A DNA stretch of 64,000 bases from Eledone cirrhosa (taxonomy: Eukaryota), in NCBI GenBank assembly GCA_964016885.1, contig OZ024741.1, positions 244,776,001-244,840,000 on the forward strand, given 5' to 3'. Every line of letters begins with the position of its first letter. The first letter of the stretch is position 1. The notes beneath the pieces are model-generated. The model did no database searches, was not told the origin of the DNA, and worked only from the letters and a program-made list of their open reading frames with translations. Shown here one piece after another: positions 41,692 to 53,600 of this stretch. Made by a program: the position numbers and the translations under genes.

Positions 41692-44600
41692 TCACGCCAC
41701 ACATAGCCAATGAGTGTCTGCACATGTACCAGTAATTACAGATCGATCCGACCGCGGGCGGCCGGCCCGCGATTGAAAAGGTAAATCCGCCGGCTAATAG
41801 TCATTTTTGGATTCGTTTTCTTCGAAGCACACCATTCGCCGGCGGACTTTGTTGACGTTTAACACGGTTTGGTTCCACAGCCACAACTATTGATTTTACG
41901 GAGATATCTTGCTGAAATTCACGACACACATAGCCAATGTGAGTCTGCACATGTACCAGTAATTACAGATCGATCCGACCACGGGCGGCCGGCCCGCGAT
42001 TGAAAAGGTAAATCCGCCGGCTAATCGTCATTTTTGGATTCGTTTTCTTCGAAGCACACCATTCGCCGGCGGACTTTGTTGACATTTAACACGGTTTGGT
42101 TCCACAGCCACAACTATTGATTTTACGGAGATATCTTGCTGAAATTCACGCCACACATAGCCAATGAGTATCTGCACATGTACCAGTAATTACAGATCGA
42201 TCCGACCGCGGGCGGCCGGCCCGCGATTAAAAAGGTAAATCCGCCGGCTAATCGTCATTTTTGGATTCGTTTTCTTCGAAGCACACCATTCGCCGGCGGA
42301 CTTTGTTGACGTTTAACACCGTTTGGTTCCACAGCCACAACTATTGATTTTACGGAGATATCTTGCTGAAATTCACGCCACACATAGCCAATGGGTGTCT
42401 GCACATGTACCAGTAATTACAGATCGATCCGACCACGGGCGGCCGGCCCGCGATTGAAAAGGTAAATCCGCCGGCTAATCGTCATTTTTGGATTCGTTTT
42501 CTTCGAAGCACACCATTCGCCGGCGGACTTTGTTGACGTTTAACACGGTTTGGTTCCACAGCCACAACTATTGATTTTACGGAGATATCTTGCTGAAATT
42601 CACGCCACACATAGCCAATGAGTATCTGCACTTGTACCAGTAATTACAGATCGATCCGACCGCGGGCGGCCGGCCCGCGATTAAAAAGGTAAATCCGCCG
42701 GCTAATCGTCATTTTTGGATTCGTTTTCTTCGAAGCACACCATTCGCCGGCGGACTTTGTTGACGTTTAACACCGTTTGGTTCCACAGCCACAACTATTG
42801 ATTTTACGGAGATATCTTGCTGAAATTCACGCCACACATAGCCAATGAGTGTCTGCACATGTACCAGTAATTACAGATCGATCCGACCACGGGCGGCCGG
42901 CCCGCGATTGAAAAGGTAAATCCGCCGGCTAATCGTCATTTTTGGATTCGTTTTCTTCGAAGCACACCATTCGCCGGCGGACTTTGTTGACGTTTAACAC
43001 GGTTTGGTTCCACAGCCACAACTATTGATTTTACGGAGATATCTTGCTGAAATTCACGCCACACATAGCCAATGAGTTTCTGCACATGTACCAGTAATTA
43101 CAGATCGATCCGACCGCGGGCGGCCGGCCCGCGATTGAAAAGGTAAATCCGCCGGCTAATAGTCATTTTTGGATTCGTTTTCTTCGAAGCACACCATTCG
43201 CCGGCGGACTTTGTTGACGTTTAACACGGTTTGGTTCCACAGCCACAACTATTGATTTTACGGAGATATCTTGCTGAAATTCACGACACACATAGCCAAT
43301 GTGAGTCTGCACATGTACCAGTAATTACAGATCGATCCGACCACGGGCGGCCGGCCCGCGATTGAAAAGGTAAATCCGCCGGCTAATCGTCATTTTTGGA
43401 TTCGTTTTCTTCGAAGCACACCATTCGCCGGCGGACTTTGTTGACATTTAACACGGTTTGGTTCCACAGCCACAACTATTGATTTTACGGAGATATCTTG
43501 CTGAAATTCACGCCACACATAGCCAATGAGTATCTGCACATGTACCAGCAATTACAGATCGATCCGACCGCGGGCGGCCGGCCCGCGATTAAAAAGGTAA
43601 ATCCGCCGGCTAATCGTCATTTTTGGATTCGTTTTCTTCGAAGCACACCATTCGCCGGCGGACTTTGTTGACGTTTAACACCGTTTGGTTCCACAGCCAC
43701 AACTATTGATTTTACGGAGATATCTTGCTGAAATTCACGCCACACATAGCCAATGAGTGTCTGCACATGTACCAGTAATTACAGATCGATCCGAATACGG
43801 GCGGCCGGCCCGCGATTGAAAAGGTAAATCCGCCGGCTAATCGTCATTTTTGGATTCGTTTTCTTCGAAGCACACCATTCGCCGGCGGACTTTGTTGACG
43901 TTTAACACGGTTTGGTTCCACAGCCACAACTATTGATTTCACGGAGATATCTTGCTGAAATTCACGCCACACATAGCCAATGAGTATCTGCACATGTACC
44001 AGTAATTACAGATCGATCCGACCGCGGGCGGCCGGCCCGCGATTGAAAAGGTAAATCCGCCGGCTAATCGTCATTTTTGGATTCGTTTTCTTCGAAGCAC
44101 ACCATTCGCCGGCGGACTTTGTTGACGTTTAACACGGTTTGGTTCCACAGCCACAACTATTGATTTTACGGAGATATCTTGCTGAAATTCACGCCACACA
44201 TAGCCAATGAGTATCTGCACATGTACCAGTAACTACAGATCGATCCGACCGCGGGCGGCCGGCCCGCGATTGAAAAGGTAAATCCGCCGGCTAATCGTCA
44301 TTTTTGGATTCGTTTTCTTCGAAGCACACCATTCGCCGGCGGACTTTGTTGACGTTTAACACGGTTTGGTTCCACAGCCACAACTATTGATTTTACGGAG
44401 ATATCTTGCTGAAATTCACGACACACATAGCCAATGTGAGTCTGCACATGTACCAGTAATTACAGATCGATCCGACCACGGGCGGCCGGCCCGCGATTGA
44501 AAAGGTAAATCCGCCGGCTAATCGTCATTTTTGGATTCGTTTTCTTCGAAGCACACCATTCGCCGGCGGACTTTGTTGACATTTAACACGGTTTGGTTCC

Positions 44601-47600
44601 ACAGCCACAACTATTGATTTTACGGAGATATCTTGCTGAAATTCACGACACACATAGCCAATGTGAGTCTGCACATGTACAAGTAATTACAGATCGATCC
44701 GACCACGGGCGGCCGGCCCGCGATTGAAAAGGTAAATCCGCCGGCTAATCGTCATTTTTGGATTCGTTTTCTTCGAAGCACACCATTCGCCGGCGGACTT
44801 TGACGTTTAACACGGTTTGGTTCCACAGCCACAACTATTGATTTTACGGAGATATCTTGCTGAAATTCACGCCACACATAGCCAATGAGTATCTGCACAT
44901 GTACCAGTAATTACAGATCGATCCGACCGCGGGCGGCCGGCCCGCGATTAAAAAGGTAAAACCGCCGGCTAATTGTCATTTTTGGATTCGTTTTCTTCGA
45001 AGCACACCATTCGCCGGCGGACTTTGTTGACGTTTAACACGGTTTGGTTCCACAGCCACAACTATTGATTTTACGGAGATATCTTGCTGAAATTCACGAC
45101 ACACATAGCCAATGTGAGTCTGCACATGTACCAGTAATTACAGATCGATCCGACCGCGGGCGGCCGGCCCGCGATTAAAAAGGTAAATCCGCCGGCTAAT
45201 CGTCATTTTTGGATTCGTTTTCTTCGAAGCACACCATTCGCCGGCGGACTTTGTTGACGTTTAACACCGTTTGGTTCCACAGCCACAACTATTGATTTTA
45301 CGGAGATATCTTGCTGAAATTCACGCCACACATAGCCAATGAGTGTCTGCACATGTACCAGTAATTACAGATCGATCCGAATACGGGCGGCCGGCCCGCG
45401 ATTGAAAAGGTAAATCCGCCGGCTAATCGTCATTTTTGGATTCGTTTTCTTCGAAGCACACCATTCGCCGGCGGACTTTGTTGACGTTTAACACGGTTTG
45501 GTTCCACAGCCACAACTATTGATTTTACGGAGATATCTTGCTGAAATTCACGCCACACATAGCCAATGAGTATCTGCACATGTACCAGTAATTACAGATC
45601 GATCCGACCGCGGGCGGCCGGCCCGCGATTGAAAAGGTAAATCCGCCGGCTAATCGTCATTTTTGGATTCGTTTTCTTCGAAGCACACCATTCGCCGGCG
45701 GACTTTGTTGACGTTTAACACGGTTTGGTTCCACAGCCACAACTATTGATTTTACGGAGATATCTTGCTGAAATTCACGACACACATAGCCAATGTGAGT
45801 CTGCACATGTACCAGTAATTACAGATCGATCCGACCACGGGCGGCCGGCCCGCGATTGAAAAGGTAAATCCGCCGGCTAATCGTCATTTTTGGATTCGTT
45901 TTCTTCGAAGCACACCATTCGCCGGCGGACTTTGTTGACGTTTAACACGGTTTGGTTCCACAGCCACAACTATTGATTTTACGGAGATATCTTGCTGAAA
46001 TTCACGCCACACATAGCCAATGAGTATCTGCACATGTACCAGTAATTACAGATCGATCCGACCGCGGGCGGCCGGCCCGCGATTAAAAAGGTAAATCCGC
46101 CGGCTAATCGTCATTTTTGGATTCGTTTTCTTCGAAGCACACCATTCGCCGGCGGACTTTGTTGACGTTTAACACCGTTTGGTTCCACAGCCACAACTAT
46201 TGATTTTACGGAGATATCTTGCTGAAATTCACGCCACACATAGCCAATGAGTGTCTGCACATGTACCAGTAATTACAGATCGATCCGAATACGGGCGGCC
46301 GGCCCGCGATTGAAAAGGTAAATCCGCCGGCTAATCGTCATTTTTGGATTCGTTTTCTTCGAAGCACACCATTCGCCGGCGGACTTTGTTGACGTTTAAC
46401 ACGGTTTGGTTCCACAGCCACAACTATTGATTTTACGGAGATATCTTGCTGAAATTCACGCCACACATAGCCAATGAGTATCTGCACATGTACCAGTAAT
46501 TACAGATCGATCCGACCGCGGGCGGCCGGCCCGCGATTGAAAAGGTAAATCCGCCGGCTAATCGTCATTTTTGGATTCGTTTTCTTCGAAGCACACCATT
46601 CGCCGGCGGACTTTGTTGACGTTTAACACGGTTTGGTTCCACAGCCACAACTATTGATTTTACGGAGATATCTTGCTGAAATTCACGCCACACATAGCCA
46701 ATGAGTATCTGCACATGTACCAGTAATTACAGATCGATCCGACCGCGGGCGGCCGGCCCGCGATTGAAAAGGTAAATCCGCCGGCTAATCGTCATTTTTG
46801 GATTCGTTTTCTTCGAAGCACACCATTCGCCGGCGGACTTTGTTGACGTTTAACACGGTTTGGTTCCACAGCCACAACTATTGATTTTACGGAGATATCT
46901 TGCTGAAATTCACGCCACACATAGCCAATGAGTATCTGCACATGTACCAGTAATTACAGATCGATCCGACCGCGGGCGGCCGGCCCGCGATTAAAAAGGT
47001 AAATCCGCCGGCTAATCGTCATTTTTGGATTCGTTTTCTTCGAAGCACACCATTCGCCGGCGGACTTTGTTGACGTTTAACACCGTTTGGTTCCACAGCC
47101 ACAACTATTGATTTTACGGAGATATCTTGCTGAAATTCACGCCACACATAGCCAATGAGTGTCTGCACATGTACCAGTAATTACAGATCGATCCGAATAC
47201 GGGCGGCCGGCCCGCGATTGAAAAGGTAAATCCGCCGGCTAATCGTCATTTTTGGATTCGTTTTCTTCGAAGCACACCATTCGCCGGCGGACTTTGTTGA
47301 CGTTTAACACGGTTTGGTTCCACAGCCACAACTATTGATTTTACGGAGATATCTTGCTGAAATTCACGCCACACATAGCCAATGAGTATCTGCACATGTA
47401 CCAGTAATTACAGATCGATCCGACCGCGGGCGGCCGGCCCGCGATTGAAAAGGTAAATCCGCCGGCTAATCGTCATTTTTGGATTCGTTTTCTTCGAAGC
47501 ACACCATTCGCCGGCGGACTTTGTTGACGTTTAACACGGTTTGGTTCCACAGCCACAACTATTGATTTTACGGAGATATCTTGCTGAAATTCACGCCACA

Positions 47601-50600
47601 CATAGCCAATGAGTATCTGCACATGTACCAGTAATTACAGATCGATCCGACCGCGGGCGGCCGGCCCGCGATTGAAAAGGTAAATCCGCCGGCTAATCGT
47701 CATTTTTGGATTCGTTTTCTTCGAAGCACACCATTCGCCGGCGGACTTTGTTGACGTTTAACACGGTTTGGTTCCACAGCCACAACTATTGATTTTACGG
47801 AGATATCTTGCTGAAATTCACGACACACATAGCCAATGTGAGTCTGCACATGTACCAGTAATTACAGATCGATCCGACCACGGGCGGCCGGCCCGCGATT
47901 GAAAAGGTAAATCCGCCGGCTAATCGTCATTTTTGGATTCGTTTTCTTCGAAGCACACCATTCGCCGGCGGACTTTGTTGACATTTAACACGGTTTGGTT
48001 CCACAGCCACAACTATTGATTTTACGGAGATATCTTGCTGAAATTCACGACACACATAGCCAATGTGAGTCTGCACATGTACCAGTAATTACAGATCGAT
48101 CCGACCACGGGCGGCCGGCCCGCGATTGAAAAGGTAAATCCGCCGGCTAATCGTCATTTTTGGATTCGTTTTCTTCGAAGCACACCATTCGCCGGCGGAC
48201 TTTGTTGACGTTTAACACGGTTTGGTTCCACAGCCACAACTATTGATTTTACGGAGATATCTTGCTGAAATTCACGCCACACATAGCCAATGAGTATCTG
48301 CACATGTACCAGTAATTACAGATCGATCCGACCGCGGGCGGCCGGCCCGCGATTAAAAAGGTAAAACCGCCGGCTAATTGTCATTTTTGGATTCGTTTTC
48401 TTCGAAGCACACCATTCGCCGGCGGACTTTGTTGACGTTTAACACGGTTTGGTTCCACAGCCACAACTATTGATTTTACAGAGATATCTTGCTGAAATTC
48501 ACGACACACATAGCCAATGTGAGTCTGCACATGTACCAGTAATTACAGATCGATCCGACCGCGGGCGGCCGGCCCGCGATTAAAAAGGTAAAACCGCCGG
48601 CTAATTGTCATTTTTGGATTCGTTTTCTTCGAAGCACACCATTCGCCGGCGGACTTTGTTGACGTTTAACACGGTTTGGTTCCACAGCCACAACTATTGA
48701 TTTTACGGAGATATCTTGCTGAAATTCACGACACACATAGCCAATGTGAGTCTGCACATGTACCAGTAATTACAGATCGATCCGACCGCGGGCGGCCGGC
48801 CCGCGATTAAAAAGGTAAATCCGCCGGCTAATCGTCATTTTTGGATTCGTTTTCTTCGAAGCACACCATTCGCCGGCGGACTTTGTTGACGTTTAACACC
48901 GTTTGGTTCCACAGCCACAACTATTGATTTTACGGAGATATCTTGCTGAAATTCACGCCACACATAGCCAATGAGTGTCTGCACATGTACCAGTAATTAC
49001 AGATCGATCCGAATACGGGCGGCCGGCCCGCGATTGAAAAGGTAAATCCGCCGGCTAATCGTCATTTTTGGATTCGTTTTCTTCGAAGCACACCATTCGC
49101 CGGCGGACTTTGTTGACGTTTAACACGGTTTGGTTCCACAGCCACAACTATTGATTTTACGGAGATATCTTGCTGAAATTCACGCCACACATAGCCAATG
49201 AGTATCTGCACATGTACCAGTAATTACAGATCGATCCGACCGCGGGCGGCCGGCCCGCGATTGAAAAGGTAAATCCGCCGGCTAATCGTCATTTTTGGAT
49301 TCGTTTTCTTCGAAGCACACCATTCGCCGGCGGACTTTGTTGACGTTTAACACGGTTTGGTTCCACAGCCACAACTATTGATTTTACGGAGATATCTTGC
49401 TGAAATTCACGACACACATAGCCAATGTGAGTCTGCACATGTACCAGTAATTACAGATCGATCCGACCAGGGCGGCCGGCCCGCGATTGAAAAGGTAAAT
49501 CCGCCGGCTAATCGTCATTTTTGGATTCGTTTTCTTCGAAGCACACCATTCGCCGGCGGACTTTGTTGACGTTTAACACGGTTTGGTTCCACAGCCACAA
49601 CTATTGATTTTACGGAGATATCTTGCTGAAATTCACGCCACACATAGCCAATGAGTATCTGCACATGTACCAGTAATTACAGATCGATCCGACCGCGGGC
49701 GGCCGGCCCGCGATTAAAAAGGTAAATCCGCCGGCTAATCGTCATTTTTGGATTCGTTTTCTTCGAAGCACACCATTCGCCGGCGGACTTTGTTGACGTT
49801 TAACACCGTTTGGTTCCACAGCCACAACTATTGATTTTACGGAGATATCTTGCTGAAATTCACGCCACACATAGCCAATGAGTGTCTGCACATGTACCAG
49901 TAATTACAGATCGATCCGAATACGGGCGGCCGGCCCGCGATTGAAAAGGTAAATCCGCCGGCTAATCGTCATTTTTGGATTCGTTTTCTTCGAAGCACAC
50001 CATTCGCCGGCGGACTTTGTTGACGTTTAACACGGTTTGGTTCCACAGCCACAACTATTGATTTTACGGAGATATCTTGCTGAAATTCACGCCACACATA
50101 GCCAATGAGTATCTGCACATGTACCAGTAATTACAGATCGATCCGACCGCGGGCGGCCGGCCCGCGATTGAAAAGGTAAATCCGCCGGCTAATCGTCATT
50201 TTTGGATTCGTTTTCTTCGAAGCACACCATTCGCCGGCGGACTTTGTTGACGTTTAACACGGTTTGGTTCCACAGCCACAACTATTGATTTTACGGAGAT
50301 ATCTTGCTGAAATTCACGCCACACATAGCCAATGAGTATCTGCACATGTACCAGTAATTACAGATCGATCCGACCGCGGGCGGCCGGCCCGCGATTGAAA
50401 AGGTAAATCCGCCGGCTAATCGTCATTTTTGGATTCGTTTTCTTCGAAGCACACCATTCGCCGGCGGACTTTGTTGACGTTTAACACGGTTTGGTTCCAC
50501 AGCCACAACTATTGATTTTACGGAGATATCTTGCTGAAATTCACGACACACATAGCCAATGTGAGTCTGCACATGTACCAGTAATTACAGATCGATCCGA

Positions 50601-53600
50601 CCACGGGCGGCCGGCCCGCGATTGAAAAGGTAAATCCGCCGGCTAATCGTCATTTTTGGATTCGTTTTCTTCGAAGCACACCATTCGCCGGCGGACTTTG
50701 TTGACATTTAACACGGTTTGGTTCCACAGCCACAACTATTGATTTTACGGAGATATCTTGCTGAAATTCACGACACACATAGCCAATGTGAGTCTGCACA
50801 TGTACCAGTAATTACAGATCGATCCGACCACGGGCGGCCGGCCCGCGATTGAAAAGGTAAATCCGCCGGCTAATCGTCATTTTTGGATTCGTTTTCTTCG
50901 AAGCACACCATTCGCCGGCGGACTTTGTTGACGTTTAACACGGTTTGGTTCCACAGCCACAACTATTGATTTTACGGAGATGTCTTGCTGAAATTCACGC
51001 CACACATAGCCAATGAGTATCTGCACATGTACCAGTAATTACAGATCGATCCGACCGCGGGCGGCCGGCCCGCGATTAAAAAGGTAAAACCGCCGGCTAA
51101 TTGTCATTTTTGGATTCGTTTTCTTCGAAGCACACCATTCGCCGGCGGACTTTGTTGACGTTTAACACGGTTTGGTTCCACAGCCACAACTATTGATTTT
51201 ACGGAGATATCTTGCTGAAATTCACGACACACATAGCCAATGTGAGTCTGCACATGTACCAGTAATTACAGATCGATCCGACCGCGGGCGGCCGGCCCGC
51301 GATTAAAAAGGTAAATCCGCCGGCTAATCGTCATTTTTGGATTCGTTTTCTTCGAAGCACACCATTCGCCGGCGGACTTTGTTGACGTTTAACACCGTTT
51401 GGTTCCACAGCCACAACTATTGATTTTACGGAGATATCTTGCTGAAATTCACGCCACACATAGCCAATGAGTGTCTGCACATGTACCAGTAATTACAGAT
51501 CGATCCGAATACGGGCGGCCGGCCCGCGATTGAAAAGGTAAATCCGCCGGCTAATCGTCATTTTTGGATTCGTTTTCTTCGAAGCACACCATTCGCCGGC
51601 GGACTTTGTTGACGTTTAACACGGTTTGGTTCCACAGCCACAACTATTGATTTTACGGAGATATCTTGCTGAAATTCACGCCACACATAGCCAATGAGTA
51701 TCTGCACATGTACCAGTAATTACAGATCGATCCGACCGCGGGCGGCCGGCCCGCGATTGAAAAGGTAAATCCGCCGGCTAATCGTCATTTTTGGATTCGT
51801 TTTCTTCGAAGCACACCATTCGCCGGCGGACTTTGTTGACGTTTAACACGGTTTGGTTCCACAGCCACAACTATTGATTTTACGGAGATATCTTGCTGAA
51901 ATTCACGACACACATAGCCAATGTGAGTCTGCACATGTACCAGTAATTACAGATCGATCCGACCACGGGCGGCCGGCCCGCGATTGAAAAGGTAAATCCG
52001 CCGGCTAATCGTCATTTTTGGATTCGTTTTCTTCGAAGCACACCATTCGCCGGCGGACTTTGTTGACATTTAACACGGTTTGGTTCCACAGCCACAACTA
52101 TTGATTTTACGGAGATATCTTGCTGAAATTCACGACACACATAGCCAATGTGAGTCTGCACATGTACCAGTAATTACAGATCGATCCGACCACGGGCGGC
52201 CGGCCCGCGATTGAAAAGGTAAATCCGCCGGCTAATCGTCATTTTTGGATTCGTTTTCTTCGAAGCACACCATTCGCCGGCGGACTTTGTTGACGTTTAA
52301 CACGGTTTGGTTCCACAGCCACAACTATTGATTTTACGGAGATATCTTGCTGAAATTCACGCCACACATAGCCAATGAGTATCTGCACATGTACCAGTAA
52401 TTACAGATCGATCCGACCGCGGGCGGCCGGCCCGCGATTAAAAAGGTAAAACCGCCGGCTAATTGTCATTTTTGGATTCGTTTTCTTCGAAGCACACCAT
52501 TCGCCGGCGGACTTTGTTGACGTTTAACACGGTTTGGTTCCACAGCCACAACTATTGATTTTACGGAGATATCTTGCTGAAATTCACGACACACATAGCC
52601 AATGTGAGTCTGCACCTGTACCAGTAATTACAGATCGATCCGACCACGGGCGGCCGGCCCGCGATTGAAAAGGTAAATCCGCCGGCTAATCGTCATTTTT
52701 GGATTCGTTTTCTTCGAAGCACACCATTCGCCGGCGGACTTTGTTGACATTTAACACGGTTTGGTTCCACAGCCACAACTATTGATTTTACGGAGATATC
52801 TTGCTGAAATTCACGCCACACATAGCCAATGAGTATCTGCACATGTACCAGTAATTACAGATCGATCCGACCGCGGGCGGCCGGCCCGCGATTAAAAAGG
52901 TAAATCCGCCGGCTAATCGTCATTTTTGGATTCGTTTTCTTCGAAGCACACCATTCGCCGGCGGACTTTGTTGACGTTTAACACGGTTTGGTTCCACAGC
53001 CACAACTATTGATTTTACGGAGATATCTTGCTGAAATTCACGCCACACATAGCCAATGAGTATCTGCACATGTACCAGTAATTACAGATCGATCCGACCG
53101 CGGGCGGCCGGCCCGCGATTGAAAAGGTAAATCCGCCGGCTAATCGTCATTTTTGGATTCGTTTTCTTCGAAGCACACCATTCGCCGGCGGACTTTGTTG
53201 ACGTTTAACACGGTTTGGTTCCACAGCCACAACTATTGATTTTACGGAGATATCTTGCTGAAATTCACGACACACATAGCCAATGTGAGTCTGCACATGT
53301 ACCAGTAATTACAGATCGATCCGACCACGGGCGGCCGGCCCGCGATTGAAAAGGTAAATCCGCCGGCTAATCGTCATTTTTGGATTCGTTTTCTTCGAAG
53401 CACACCATTCGCCGGCGGACTTTGTTGACATTTAACACGGTTTGGTTCCACAGCCACAACTATTGATTTTACGGAGATATCTTGCTGAAATTCACGACAC
53501 ACATAGCCAATGTGAGTCTGCACATGTACCAGTAATTACAGATCGATCCGACCACGGGCGGCCGGCCCGCGATTGAAAAGGTAAATCCGCCGGCTAATCG

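Noticed and set aside
49357-49569. Unique + strand 70-aa ORF
   Set aside because: Created by the 1-bp deletion at ~49470 (GACCAGGG versus GACCACGGG) in one monomer, which could also be a sequencing error.
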